Source of the DNA: Calditrichia bacterium | GTDB lineage: Bacteria; Calditrichota; Calditrichia; JAJRVZ01 | DNA length: 64,000 nt | Direction of reading: 5' to 3' | Assembly (NCBI GenBank): GCA_963796965.1 | Contig: CAWCNS010000004.1 | Coordinates: 640,001 to 704,000, forward strand | In this document: positions 33,044 to 45,393 of the stretch, in pieces | Numbering within the stretch: position 1 is the first letter of the stretch | Layout of the letters: each line of letters opens with the position of its first letter | The notes under the pieces: generated by a model | What the model was told of the DNA's origin: nothing | Database searches by the model: none | The model's input: the letters and a program-made list of their open reading frames with translations, nothing else | Position numbers and translations under genes: made by a program

Positions 33044-33794
33044 CGATTTCTTTTCCTCTTACCTTAGCCTTCCAATTTGTTTTGAGTACGGCTAAGCTCC
33101 GTTTATCCTCATCAGCAACTATGTGGTGAAGATATTTATCTTCATTCTTCTGGGTCTTGACGATTACACGCTCACCGTATTTGGTTTCAGCACGATAACT
33201 AATTTCCAAATCTGTTAATTGATTTTTCCTCCAATCAGTGATCGGGATTGACTCTAAGGCCCATTCAATATATTTAACATTGTTTACATGTTGATTGATA
33301 TCCAAGTCATTTAGTCTCACATCATATTTTTTTTCAATATCGGGATTATCTGGAACAGAAAGTTTTAAAAATTGATCCTCAATGGCCCGAATTCTGTCTG
33401 GAGATTCAATGTCTTTCATGAAATCCGGCATGGAGAGAGGTTTAAGCGTTTTAAGGTCTAATATCATCCAGGAAGACGTACCCCTAACGATGATATTTTT
33501 GTTCTGGTCAAAAATCAGAAAATCACGTGTAGCATATTTTCCTTTCTTCCCAGAAGGCCAGGTTTCTAAATGTATTTTTTCCCGCCAATATGGAAATCTG
33601 GAGAATTGAACATGAAGCCGCGATAGCACCCAGGTCATATTTAATTTGAAAAGGTGATCAACGGCCACACCTAGTTTTGTCGCATGATTTCCCGCGGCCT
33701 CTTGTAAATAATTACAGATTGTTGGGACGGAAGCCTTCCCTTTTGCATCAACCTCATAGGCACGCACCAAAAAGTCTTCATGATGAATTAACAA
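33036..33794 (-). CDS. Acyl-ACP thioesterase (FatA/B-like)
   Basis: VRAYEVD, LQEAAGNHA, WVLSR and DLDINQHVNNVKY motifs. Likely TTG start after GGAGG; the ORF-track extension to 34082 is repeat-derived. Confidence 0.9.
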   Translation of the reverse strand: MLIHHEDFLVRAYEVDAKGKASVPTICNYLQEAAGNHATKLGVAVDHLFKLNMTWVLSRLHVQFSRFPYWREKIHLETWPSGKKGKYATRDFLIFDQNKNIIVRGTSSWMILDLKTLKPLSMPDFMKDIESPDRIRAIEDQFLKLSVPDNPDIEKKYDVRLNDLDINQHVNNVKYIEWALESIPITDWRKNQLTDLEISYRAETKYGERVIVKTQKNEDKYLHHIVADEDKRSLAVLKTNWKAKVRGKEIDE

Positions 33795-33832
33795 AAAACC
33801 TCCATATGGGTTTATATGAGTAACTAAATAGT

Positions 33833-33965
33833 GATTCGGGATACGAGATATGTGATATGAGATACGGGATACGCGATCCGGGATACCAGATACCAGATAT
33901 GTGATACGAGATACGAGATATGAGATACGAGATGTGTGATATGGGATACCAGATACCGAATATGT
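33833..33965. repeat. Degenerate heptamer tandem array (19 units, GATACGA-like)
   Basis: gattcgg gatacga gatatgt gatatga gatacgg... in exact 7-nt register. Confidence 0.9.
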
Positions 33966-34024
33966 GATTGAAAAAAAGAGTAAATAATACTTGACAAGTA
34001 ATTGATTGAGCGACAATTTTTTTA

Positions 34025-34096
<72 letters not shown>

Positions 34097-34097
34097 T

Positions 34098-35039
34098 TTA
34101 CTCTCTTCTCTTTTCTCTCTTTTTTTCATTCCTTTGATACGCACTCACATCTGGGATCCCATCACGTCCACCAAGTTTGGTGCTGACCTCAGCTGCGGCC
34201 CAGGCTGCAAAATCTAATGTCTTTATCATATCCCACTTATTTAATATTCCAAAAGTAATCCCTGCGTGAAATACATCCCCGCAACCCGTTGTATCAATTG
34301 TTTCTACCGAATAGGCAGATCCCTCAATCCATTCCTTGTTAGCGCGTATCACATATCCATCTTCTCCTAAGGTGACACCAACAATCTGAGGACCAAGTCT
34401 TTGCAACGCCAGGCAGGCTTCCCTTGGATTATCTTCTCCCACCAATGATTGTGCAAATGGCCGCGAAACAATATAACAATCACTATGTGGCACCAGGTCG
34501 AGAGAATCCTTGCGGAGAGTACCGGCATCCACCACAACTGGTACACCCGCTTTGCGGGCCACCTGAGCAGCTTTTACAGAAGCCTCAATAAATAGGCCAT
34601 CGGTGTAAAAGAGGCGTGCATTACGGATGGCGTTTAAATCAAGTTCGTTCGGTTCTATGGGTAAGCCATTCGGTCTTTGCCAAAAGATCGTTCGTCTTCC
34701 TTTATATTTCTCGGTTACAATAAATGCCACCTGAGATGAGGATTGAGAGCGTACCAGGGTTCTGGATGTATCAATATTTTCAAGATATAGTGAATCTGTG
34801 AGTTTTTTACCATAAATATCATCACCAGCAAGTCCATTAAATGCACATGATAATCCCCACCTGGAGAGAGCCACCAATGCTGTCGCCACTGGGCCACCCC
34901 CAACTTCCATTAGAGATGACATTTCATATTTACAATCTGGAGGAGGATAGGAATCAATTTGTCCAATAAAATCCCAACAGCTTTGCCCTAATCCGAATAC
35001 ATCAAATTTTTTGTTTTCTACCGAATTTATTCCCGACAT
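34098..35039 (-). CDS. PfkB family carbohydrate kinase
   Basis: GGGPVATA, VTLGEDG and DTTGCGDVFHAG motifs; ATG just after the upstream stop. Confidence 0.9.
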   Translation of the reverse strand: MSGINSVENKKFDVFGLGQSCWDFIGQIDSYPPPDCKYEMSSLMEVGGGPVATALVALSRWGLSCAFNGLAGDDIYGKKLTDSLYLENIDTSRTLVRSQSSSQVAFIVTEKYKGRRTIFWQRPNGLPIEPNELDLNAIRNARLFYTDGLFIEASVKAAQVARKAGVPVVVDAGTLRKDSLDLVPHSDCYIVSRPFAQSLVGEDNPREACLALQRLGPQIVGVTLGEDGYVIRANKEWIEGSAYSVETIDTTGCGDVFHAGITFGILNKWDMIKTLDFAAWAAAEVSTKLGGRDGIPDVSAYQRNEKKREKRRE

Positions 35040-35040
35040 G

Positions 35041-36178
35041 TTACTTTTGCTCAACTTCTAATATTAGGTTTATATCCAGTGGCTTTTCAGGTGTAAGCAA
35101 TAGATTCTGAACTTTATAAGACAAATCTAATTTCTTTTTACCCTTTGTAAGATGCTCAGTTTTCTCTATGCTGAACAATACAGTCTTGCCTCCATATAAA
35201 GTAAGTTTTTCCGGGGTAGTTATTTCTGCGACCTTATCTGTTCTAAGTAGGTCATAGTTAATGTCAGAGTGATTTGTAATTTGTATATATTGGTGATCGT
35301 TAATGCCAAAAGAGATCGAGGTGTTGTCGATCTCAATAGATTTCTCGAAAATGGGCTTTAGAAATTCTTCTTTTCCCACTAACATATTTCTCCAAAGAAC
35401 AGCTGTTCGTTGTTTAAAAAGAGCTTCTTTGATTGCCGATTCCTCTCTACTCTTAGCAAAAACTAATGTTACGGGTCTGCTATCACCTTTGAGATCATCA
35501 AAATGCATCTGTATAGGGGGGTGAATATCAGAGTTGCTCAGCATGGTTAGGTTTTTCTCCAGACACCAACGATGTGCTTCGGGGTAGTATTCTTTGTCAT
35601 TCACTACTTCTATACCATGTAACTGACCTTTTTGTAACAACTCAGTATGTTCGGGATACCAGCGGGCAATCCCATCTTTTTGTTGACCCCGCCAACCAGG
35701 GTGGTTCCAGAATATGAATGCTTCCTGACTGTCGAGCTACGGAGACGGCCTCCCGCCAGGTTTCAACATCTAATTTGTTTGCATCTTGGATAAATATGGC
35801 ATTCAAATGGCCCGGGGGCATATCGCGGGTTATTTCTGAACCCCTGATTACGGTAACATTAATGTTTTTCCCATACCCTTTAGCGATGTAGCCGGAACGG
35901 TTGTGGTTTGTGCGAATATCATCCTTATGAGGAAGATATTCAATATGATCTGTAATAGCTATAACATCAAGACCTTCGCGCCAGGCTTCTTCTGCCCTAA
36001 CTGTCGGCCAGACATCACCATCAGAGAAAACCGTGTGAATATGCAGATCACAAACAAGTGTTTGATATCCTGGAATATCGGGTATTTGTATTGGTGTTCG
36101 AACCCGCATTTGGGCATGACTTATATTACTGAAGATTATAAGAATTAGATAGAAATAAGGTAATGATAAATTTTTCAT
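35041..36178 (-). CDS. Secreted PHP-domain phosphoesterase (Sb-PDE-like); +1 frameshift near 35727
   Basis: DLHIHTVFSDG, ITDHIEY, PGHLNA, HGIEVVN and NSDIH motifs. Confidence 0.85.
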
Positions 36179-36499
36179 TATTTGTTCTCCATTGTACTTT
36201 AGAATATTTTATCAATAAAAAAATATTTGGGTTTTATAAAAAACCTATTTATCAATTTTTAAAATGAGTTTCAAGGAAAATATATCCATGAATACCGATA
36301 ATATAGTCGAAATCCTTAGAATTCCCTCACCTTACTTTCATGATATACATGGGCATGTTAAATTAGGCGTATATTTGATTTATTAATTGGAATTATTACT
36401 AAAGATGTTCTATTAAATCCCAGACTAATAATGCCCACAAGTTATGATGGATTAAAATATCAAAGTACTTGTATCAAATTTAAATCGAAAGGAGATAGT

Positions 36500-39400
36500 A
36501 TGTTCGGATCGATTAAAATGGTAGTAGCCATATTCCTGTTGGTACTCCTCATCTCTGTTCAAATTGGGTATACCCAGACAAAATTACTTCGATTTCCTGA
36601 TATCCATCAGGATCAGGTTGTTTTCTGCTATGGTGGCGATATATGGAAATCTTCTGTCTCAGGGGGGACCGCAGTACGATTGACGGCCCATAAGGGTCAG
36701 GAAGTTTTTCCAAAGTTTTCTCCAGATGGAGAGTGGATTGCTTTTACAGGCCAGTATGATGGTGATGAGCAGGTTTATGTGATGCCCTCAGAGGGAGGCG
36801 AACCAATCCAGTTGACTTATTATCCGGCACATGGGCCCCTGGCACCGCGATGGGGATATGATAACCAGGTATATGGATGGTCTGTGGATGGCAAGAAAAT
36901 CTTTTTCCGCTCCCTTCGTGACGCAAATGGAGGAAGCACAGAAACTGCATTATATGTCGTTGATCGTAAGGGAGGCCTGCCGGTGAAATTGCCAATGCCA
37001 TCTTCCGGGGCGGGTGATTTTTCTCCCGATGGGAAGAAAATGGTGTACTCGCCCTTATTCCGAGATTTTCGAACCTGGAAACGCTATCAGGGGGGCTGGG
37101 CTCAAAATTTATTTATTTTTGATCTTTCGACATTCGTAACTAAAAAAATTGCGCCAAGTATTCGGACTGAAAGAGATCCCATGTGGATTGGAAGTGCTAT
37201 ATATTTTGTCTCTGACCGGACCGGTACTTTAAATTTATTTTCTTACAATATAGAAAACGAATCAGTCACACAACTAACAGAGAGTACTACCTGGGATGTT
37301 CGTTGGCCGTCTTCTGATAATCAGAATATGATCGTATATGAGCTGAATGGTGAGCTTCATATCTATGATATTAGTAAAAAATCAGATCGAAAAATATCAA
37401 TAATGGTGCCTGATGACGGCTTGGCCAGACGTCCATCAAAGTATTCAGCAGCAAAAAATATCGAAGATTTTGAGTTGTCACCGAAGGGTGAAAGGGCATT
37501 ATTTGTGGCTCGGGGAGATGTTTTTACAGCTCCAATTGAGAAAGGACCCACACGCAATCTGACAAATTCATCTAACGCCCATGATAAATCGGCAAGATGG
37601 GCACCGGATGGTAGCAAAATTGCATTTATATCAGATATGTCAGGTGAAGAACAAATTTATCTGGTTGATCAGCTGGGGAAAGGTGAGCCATTACAACTGA
37701 CAACCAGTCTTAACTCGATGCTTTCACCTCCTGTATGGTCACCAGATGGAAAACGCCTGGCTGTTTGTAATATGGATGGACAATTATATGTGATCACAAT
37801 CGATTCAAAAAAAATGATTGAGGTTGCTAATCATGAATTCGCTGAAATTTATGATTATAAATGGTCTCCCTTTGGCGGACATCTAGCCTTTTCTATGCGC
37901 GACTGGAGCGGATATCGTTCAATTTATATTTATTCTGTCTCTAGTGGAAAGACCCAACGAATAACAGGAGAAAACTTTAGCGAATATAGTCCGACCTGGG
38001 GAGTTAAGGGGGAGTATTTGTATTATCTTTCTGATAGACAATTTGCACCCCAAATTAGTACCTGGGAATGGAATTTTGCCGGAAATAGAGAAACAAGTAT
38101 TATTGCAATGGCCTTACGCGAAGATGTAAAGGATCCCTTTCCTCCTCTGAGCGATGAAGTGACATTCGGAGAAGAAGATAAAAACGAAAAAGATGAAAAG
38201 AAAAAAGAGAAGAAGAAAAAATTTATCAAAATTGATTTTAAGAATATCGAAAATCGTACAGCCCGTGTCACAATCGAGGATGATAATATGTGGGGGCTGG
38301 CTGCTGTTGAGGGACATCTCTTATTCGTGAAGTCCGGTGCCAGATTTTATGGTAGAGAAGAGCTATGTTAAACCAAGTCTACAGATCTATTGCTTTAAAG
38401 ATCGTGAACTATCTACTCTGGCTGAAAATACTTCAGGATATGCCCTTTCTTTGGATGGGAAAAAGGTGCTGGTAAAGCAGGAAAATGATTACAACCTGTA
38501 TGAAGTTAAACCAAAAGCGAATGAGAAGAAGTCCGTCCCAATAAATGGCCTTATGGTGGATAGAATACCCTCTGAAGAATGGGCAGAGATATTTGAGGAA
38601 ACGTGGAGGCGATTCCGGGACTTTTTCTATGTAAACAATATGCATGGCAATGACTGGTTTGCAATAGGTAATCAATATCGGCCGCTCTTGAAGTATGTGG
38701 CTCACCGCTCGGATCTTAATTATTTGCTTGGTGAAATGGTGGCGGAATTGAGTGTTGGGCATGCTTATATACAGGGTGGTGACTATGAAATCCCTCAACG
38801 TCCAAAGGTAGCACTCCCTGGGGCACGATTTGAACTGGATAAAGCATCCGGAATTTACCGGATTAAAACCATTTTTATGGGTCATAATGAAGAACCGAAA
38901 TACAGAGCCCCTCTGACTGAGATTGGGATAATGGCTAATGTTGGAGATTACGTTTTAGCTATCAATGGGAGAGAGTTAAAAGGAAATGACAATCCGTACC
39001 GTTTATTACAACATATTACTGATCCTGTTACCCTAACTCTGAATAGTAAACCCGAGAAAGAGAGAGCACGGCAGGTAACCTATAAGCCAATTACAAATGA
39101 GGCCAAATTACTATATTTACAATGGGTGGAAGGTAATCGGAAAAGAGTAAATGAGGCGTCTAATGGACGGGTTGGATATATGCATTTACCTGATATGGGA
39201 TCTGGTGGAATATATGAATTTATTAAGTGGTATTATCCCCAGATCAGAAAGGAAGGAATGGTTGTTGATGTCCGATCTAACGGCGGTGGAAATGTTTCCC
39301 AATGGATAATTGAGCGTCTGGATTCTAAATTACTCGGTACCCGTTTTGGTTATGACAGTGATAAAGCCACAACCTATCCCTATTCCGTATTTCATGGTCA

Positions 39401-39773
39401 CAAAGTTTGTTTGATTAATCAAACCTCTGCATCGGATGGAGATATCTTCCCACATTATTTCCGTGAAGCAGGGCTTGGTCCGCTCATCGGCAAACGCACC
39501 TGGGGCGGTGTTGTTGGAATATCGGGTAAAGGACCTTTTATTGATGGTGGTACCGCATTCGTACCCTTACGGGGTACCAATAATGCTGAGGGGCAATGGA
39601 TAATAGAGGGCCATGGGGTCGACCCGGATATTGAAGTTGAGAATGATCCAAAATCAGTGCTGGAAGGACATGATCCGCAACTGGAACGTGGAATCGAAGA
39701 GATCCTTAAAAAATTGGAAGAACAGCCAATGAAATTACCTTCCCGTCCGGCAGATCCGGTGAAGAAGAAATAA
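36500..39773 (+). CDS. Tricorn-like S41 protease (propellers, PDZ, catalytic domain); +1 frameshift near 38360
   Basis: LLRFPDI, PD40 repeats, HAY, DVRSNGGG, SASDGD and EGHGVDPD motifs; AAGGAG RBS before 36500. Confidence 0.92.
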
Positions 39774-39884
39774 TACATGTTCATGATGGAGGAAATGGAA
39801 ATTGGGAATCCTTGGGCAGGATGAATTTTCTGGATATAAGACACGGGATTTTCACGATAGGACTAAGTTCCCAATTCCAAAATA

Positions 39885-41348
39885 TTAGTTTGGCCTTTGT
39901 CTGATCTGTGGACCGCCTAACTTTTTTAGCACCCGATCAAGATTGGACTTGTATAGTGAAGCATCTTCTCCACGAGTACTTTTTTCAATCCTAAATGCTT
40001 CAGAATAGTATTGAGCTGCTTCCTCAAATTGATCGTTAGTTTCATAGGCTTCACCAAGACTGTCATAAGCATTTGGGGAGTCAGGATAACTTAGAATGTT
40101 ACATTTAAAAATATCAATAGCATCAGAGATCCGGTTTTCGCTGAGTAAATAATAGCCATAGGCATGTAGAAGTGGTTCACTAAAGTCATAAGCCTCATTC
40201 TCGTCTGTCATGATAGATTTATAAAGTTCCACTGCTTTATCGATGCCGGACTCATTAATGGTCTGATCCATTTTTAAAGAAACTGGAATTTTGGGTAAAT
40301 CAGCTGGCTGATCATTTAATATATTTCTTATCCCTTTTAATAACCATGGCATAGGAACTCCACGATTGCTTAAATAGATGATTGTATTTTCATCTTCGAT
40401 GTATCGTTCGATATAGGTACTAAAACCGGCCAATCCTCCTGAATGTTCTACAATCTTTCCCTTATCATCTTCACGAATTTCCCAACCAAACCCATAATGG
40501 ATTGAACTATCATTAGCCAATTTAAAGGGTGTAAAGGCTTCTTCTCTGGTTTCGATGTTTATTAGATCTGTCCCATAAAGACCTCTGTCCCATTTAAACA
40601 AGTCCTCAACCGTTGTGTACATCCCCCCGGCTCCAGATGTAAAATGGGTGTAATCCCTCTCTTGACCAAAAGGATTATATCCAATGGCTCGATTTTTTAT
40701 AATTGGTTTGGATTGATCATAAACAAGTGTACGATTCATGTCTAAGGGATCAAAAATATTTTCCTTCATATACAGAGGAAAGGATCGGCCGGATACTTTT
40801 TCTACGATAAGCGAGAGTAACACATAAGCACCATTGCTATAATGATAGCCTGTCCCCGGATCGAAAAGAAGCTTGGGCTGATTCTGTAATACCTCTAATG
40901 CATCCTGATTGGTGATACCCTCGCTTTTGGTGATAATATCATAATGATCAGGTAACCCGGAGGTATGTGTCATCATATGACGAATGGTAATTTTGTTTGC
41001 ATAATCAGGGAATCCTGGGAAATATGTTTTGAGTTTATCATCATAAGAGAGTTTCTTTTGCTCTTTTAGAATCATAATTGCCATTGTCGTAAACTGTTTT
41101 GAAACGGAAGCAAGATAAAAAGCAGTTGCGGTATTCAGGCGTATTCCCGACTTCAGGTCGGTATAGCCATAAGCATTTTTGAACAACAGATTGCCGTTGC
41201 CGGCAACCAAAACACAACCACTAAACATTCCCATATCATAACATTCTTGGACAAATTTATCAATCGCGTCGGATTTGGAATCTGATCTCTGCGTACATCC
41301 ATTAAAGATTAGGGTAAGTAATAGAATTAAAGCCAAATAAAGTTTCAT
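39885..41348 (-). CDS. Serine hydrolase (class C beta-lactamase/PBP-like) lipoprotein with C-terminal TPR
   Basis: ASVSK (SxxK), YSN, HSGG and NAYDSLGEAY motifs. Confidence 0.9.
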   Translation of the reverse strand: MKLYLALILLLTLIFNGCTQRSDSKSDAIDKFVQECYDMGMFSGCVLVAGNGNLLFKNAYGYTDLKSGIRLNTATAFYLASVSKQFTTMAIMILKEQKKLSYDDKLKTYFPGFPDYANKITIRHMMTHTSGLPDHYDIITKSEGITNQDALEVLQNQPKLLFDPGTGYHYSNGAYVLLSLIVEKVSGRSFPLYMKENIFDPLDMNRTLVYDQSKPIIKNRAIGYNPFGQERDYTHFTSGAGGMYTTVEDLFKWDRGLYGTDLINIETREEAFTPFKLANDSSIHYGFGWEIREDDKGKIVEHSGGLAGFSTYIERYIEDENTIIYLSNRGVPMPWLLKGIRNILNDQPADLPKIPVSLKMDQTINESGIDKAVELYKSIMTDENEAYDFSEPLLHAYGYYLLSENRISDAIDIFKCNILSYPDSPNAYDSLGEAYETNDQFEEAAQYYSEAFRIEKSTRGEDASLYKSNLDRVLKKLGGPQIRQRPN

Positions 41349-41403
41349 AAAGATTTCTCAAATAATGGAGAGTTGACAGTCGAAAAAGTATAAATGAAAT
41401 AAT

Positions 41404-41555
41404 ATAGAACGCGGATAACACAGATTTCCATGGATTAAATTTTATTATCTATAAAATTAATTCGGAATCTGAAGCCTCAGGCCACAGAAAATAATTATAA
41501 AACTATTATATTAAATCCGCGAAAATCCGTGTTATCCGTTTAATCCGCGTTCTAT
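41404..41555. repeat. ACACGGAT-type inverted-repeat element
   Basis: ATAGAACGCGGATAACACAGATTTCCATGGATT...AATCCGCGAAAATCCGTGTTATCCGTTTAATCCGCGTTCTAT. Confidence 0.8.
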
Positions 41556-41565
41556 GAGATTATCT

Positions 41566-42300
41566 CTACATTCCCATGCTATCGAAAAATGGGCCTAATA
41601 CGACACTTAAGACAATCCAGATGCCCCAGAGTGATAAAATTGGTACTGCGGCCTTTTTAGTGGTTGCCTTATAAGTAACTGACAATCCGATAATCCAAAG
41701 CACAACTTGCCAAATTGTAAAGACATTGAGATTTGAAAAAATTCTGTAGAGGGCGCTTTTTTCGCCGCCAATGGGCGGTGTGTCAAGCAAAATAGTCAGG
41801 TCCAGGGCAACACCTTGCATGGTCCCTTTAGATAAGATTAAAAGAGTCATGACGATAAGACTGAGAGTGCCAACCAGACCAGACCAACATACAATAGCGA
41901 ATACCTTTTTGTAGGATGAATCGCCGCCTATCATTAGGTTAGATGCCACATAAAAGATGGCAGCCATGATTAAAATCATAATCAACCAAACAATTGGTCC
42001 GGCAATAAAACCGACATATTTCATTGGTCCTGTCATTGAGGTTTTTGCTGCTTCCAATTGTTCTGCTGACAAACGGCCCTGGGCTTCCATTATCTCTATC
42101 CGCTCTGACATCTGAATATCAACAGTCAGAGTTTGAAAGATCAGAAAGATCACTATTCCAATTAAAAAGGGTAATAGCCAGGTTGGATTTTGATCGATTG
42201 CCTCGAAAGTCTGGCGAGGCGCAGTAAAAATGCCAATAATTTTTTGCATGGCACTCATTTCCGGTACAGTCGTGCTTGTGACAGGTGTTTCTTCACTCAT
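41566..42300 (-). CDS. Yip1 family membrane protein
   Basis: IFTAPRQTFEAI..NPTWLLP start, multiple TM segments, GGAGGG RBS. Confidence 0.8.
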   Translation of the reverse strand: MSEETPVTSTTVPEMSAMQKIIGIFTAPRQTFEAIDQNPTWLLPFLIGIVIFLIFQTLTVDIQMSERIEIMEAQGRLSAEQLEAAKTSMTGPMKYVGFIAGPIVWLIMILIMAAIFYVASNLMIGGDSSYKKVFAIVCWSGLVGTLSLIVMTLLILSKGTMQGVALDLTILLDTPPIGGEKSALYRIFSNLNVFTIWQVVLWIIGLSVTYKATTKKAAVPILSLWGIWIVLSVVLGPFFDSMGM

Positions 42301-42751
42301 ATTCCCTCCCATTGGTTTTGTGAGTTTACAGATTGGATGATTGTTATATACACCGGTTAATGGATTTTATTCTAATGGATGGATAAAATTTTATCTTACT
42401 TACGTATTGAAATTCAAAATGTTACCTAAGGTAAGCAGATCAATAAAGTGAGGCAAGAATAATTTTTATTGGAATAGAAGTATGCAGATTGTCTGGAAGA
42501 AACTTAGATTATTCTGTAACTTTAAAGTCGTGTAATTATTATCTAAACATGATTGAATCGTGGATGGTTCAATCTGGAAAACCATACATATTAATTACTT
42601 CTCCCTCTTTGTCAAGGAGGCTGATTGAGAACAGGGCAGGCTCTAATCCCGCAAGGGTGCGAGAATCTGGGATTATATCTAATCCATCCCTCCTCACTTT
42701 AGCAACCTGGTCAAGCATGGGATTAGGGAATGGTATAAAGTTATTAGATCC

Positions 42752-44007
42752 ATGCAAAATTGTTTCCTTATACATTATGGCGAAATTAGTCTCAAAGGTA
42801 AAAACCAGCCCCAATTTCGCAAGCAATTGTTAAAAAACATCGCACTCTCATTAAGCAGTATTGGAATTGATTGGCCTGTTAAACAATTCAGGGGCTATTT
42901 ACTTTTAAAAATTGAAGATCAATCAAAGATTGAAGTCTGCCAGGAGCGTTCTTGCCAAGGTTATAGGGATAAACTGGTATTCGCCGGCCGAAAGAATGGA
43001 ATACGAGGGGTTTGGAGCTGACTCAGTTCAAAGCATATTAGGTAAAGTCGAATTGTCTTTATGTCATTTGGCACAAAAACTTTTTATCCCCGGTAATAGT
43101 TTTCGCGTAGACGTCAAAAGATCAGATAAACGCTTTCCTGGAAATTCAGTTGAAATGGAAAGAGATTTAGGGGAGAAGATCATTGAAAACACATCCTGGG
43201 AAAATGTTAACCTAAAAAAACCGAATCAAACATTTCATGTCGAAATACAACCAGGAGAAGTTTTTATACATTCAGAAAGGATCAAGGGAGCGGGAGGATT
43301 ACCGGTTAAGACAGCCCAAAAAGTATTAGTGATGCATTCCGGGGGGATTGATTCGCCCGTTGCAGCCTATCTGGTAGCACGGCGGGGATGTCATGTGGAT
43401 TTTGTTCATTTTACGGCCTCCCATGTTCAACCTGAAGAGATTATATCAGGAAAAATCGGCATACTGAGCTGCGAAACTGAGTGAGTATACCTTAAAATCG
43501 AAAGTCTATGTTTTACCCTCAACCTATTTTGATCTGGCTATCACAGGCAAGCGAATGGATTTTGAATTAATTCTTTTTCGACGATTTATGGCCAGGGCAG
43601 CTGAGAGACTATGTGAGCTGAGTCGAATGCATGCTATCGTTACTGGAGACAACCTATCCCAGGTTGCATCACAAACGTTGACTAATATTGCCTCGACGAC
43701 CAGGGCCATTGATATACCTGTACTACAACCATTGATTACCTATGAAAAAGAAGATATAATAAAGCTGGCTATTCAAATTGATACCTACGAATCTTCAATA
43801 CAACCCTATAAGGATTGTTGCTCACTTTTTCAACGCAATCCACGGACTGTGTCTGATCATGATGAATTATCCAAACTTGAATCGCAAATATTTTCAGACT
43901 ATGAAAAAATGATTACCCAGACTTTAGAGGACATGTTTTGGATAAGTTGCAAATATGGTAAGATAGAAAAATTTAAATTAAAACAGCCTTCTCAATCAAC
44001 GGATTAA
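42752..44007 (+). CDS. thiI: tRNA 4-thiouridine synthase ThiI (THUMP + PP-loop, no rhodanese domain); two +1 frameshifts (~42930, ~43468)
   Basis: HYGEISLKGKN, GAGGLPV, SGGIDSPVA, GDNLSQVASQTL and PYKDCC motifs. Confidence 0.92.
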
Positions 44008-44103
44008 ATATTTCTCTCTCTAATGTGTGGGAATTAAATGATTCCTCGTGGCGTTCTCAATCTCTTGAATAAAAAACTAACATTATAATAGGAGAAATTT
44101 ATC

Positions 44104-44913
44104 ATGTTTCACAAAAGCATTAATAGTATCATCCTTTTCGCACTTGTAATGCTATTTTCGGTAGCCGGAATCACTCAGGATGATTCAGCACTTAACCGGA
44201 TTGTAAAGAGTGGTACCATTCGGGTGGGAATGTCTGGCACGCAGCCGCCCTTTAGTGTAAAATCAAAAGAAGGCAAGCTGATTGGCTATGAAGTTGATCT
44301 GGCCACTTTATTAGCAAATGCAATGAGTGTCGAGGTTAAATTTGTTGAAAAACCTTTTTCTGAATTGCTTTCTGCTCTGGAAAGTGGCGAGGTTGATGTT
44401 GTCATGTCCGGAATGACGATGACACCAGCACGCAATTTAAAAGTAGCATTTGTTGGTCCCTATATTGTTTCCGGAAAATCGATACTGACCAAATCCAAGA
44501 CATTGGCGGCGATCAAGGAAGCAAAAGAAATAGATCAGGCCAATGCAAAATTGGCGACATTAGAAGGTTCTACCAGTCAGAAGTTTGTTGAAAAATTTAT
44601 CGAGAAGGCCACTTTAACTACTACAAAAGATTATGATGAAGCGGTAAAACTGGTTCTCGACGATAAGGTAGATGCAATGGTTGCCGATTTCCCAATTTGT
44701 GCCTTAACCATTCTCAGACATCCAGATGCCGGTCTGGTTACCTTGGCACAGCCATTAACTATTGAGCCGATTGGTATGGCTTTACCGCCTAATGATCCTC
44801 AGTTATTAAACATGGTGGAGAATTATCTGGGAGCTCTGCAGTTGTCAGGAGTGCTCAACCTATTGGAGCAAAGATGGTTCGAAGATGGGTCCTGGTTAAT
44901 CCAGTTGCCCTAA
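44104..44913 (+). CDS. Amino-acid ABC transporter substrate-binding protein (family 3), orphan
   Basis: IRVGMSG.QPPF, GYEVDLA and SGMTMTPAR motifs; signal peptide; AGGAG RBS. Confidence 0.88.
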   Translation: MFHKSINSIILFALVMLFSVAGITQDDSALNRIVKSGTIRVGMSGTQPPFSVKSKEGKLIGYEVDLATLLANAMSVEVKFVEKPFSELLSALESGEVDVVMSGMTMTPARNLKVAFVGPYIVSGKSILTKSKTLAAIKEAKEIDQANAKLATLEGSTSQKFVEKFIEKATLTTTKDYDEAVKLVLDDKVDAMVADFPICALTILRHPDAGLVTLAQPLTIEPIGMALPPNDPQLLNMVENYLGALQLSGVLNLLEQRWFEDGSWLIQLP

Positions 44914-44964
44914 GTAATGTAGAATTGGAAATATCTGATTAAGATACGACCTGGCAGAAGTACG

Positions 44965-44989
44965 AAGGGGCGTTTTGCAAATGCCCCTT
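44965..44989. terminator. REP-like hairpin or bidirectional terminator between convergent genes
   Basis: AAGGGGCGTTTTGCAAATGCCCCTT. Confidence 0.55.
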
Positions 44990-45014
44990 TCCAAACAACC
45001 GGAAACACAATGAA

Positions 45015-45393
45015 TTACTCCATAGAATGGATGGCAACCCGGTTCCCCTCGCTATCAAGAAAAATAGCAAAAAACCCCAGATCATCGGTTATTTTGGTTT
45101 TTTGAATAACAGGCTTGCCACCTGCCTTTACAACACGGCTTAGAATAACATTTAGATCCCTGCCACCATTCAAATAAACAAGCGTTCCTTTTTCGCTGGG
45201 GATATATCCCTCACCCTGGACGATGGCCCCACCTATACCACCCTGTTCCATGGGGAAGAAACCCATCTTCACCTGATCCATTTTTTGCTCTGGCATCTCA
45301 TAATTGTAGATCATACTATAAAACAACTTTGCCCGTTCAAAATCAGCTGACGGGAATCTCAAACCAATTTAGTGAATTCTTTATTGCGTCCAT
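45015..45393 (-). CDS. VOC/glyoxalase family protein; +1 frameshift near 45352
   Basis: MDAIKNSLNWFEIP in the upstream frame joins ...ADFERAKLFY...DSEGNRVAIHS. Confidence 0.88.

Noticed and set aside
42600..42735. TPP or SAM-I riboswitch upstream of thiI
   Set aside because: Only short fragments (TGAGA, GCAACC) match; the full consensus cores could not be placed.
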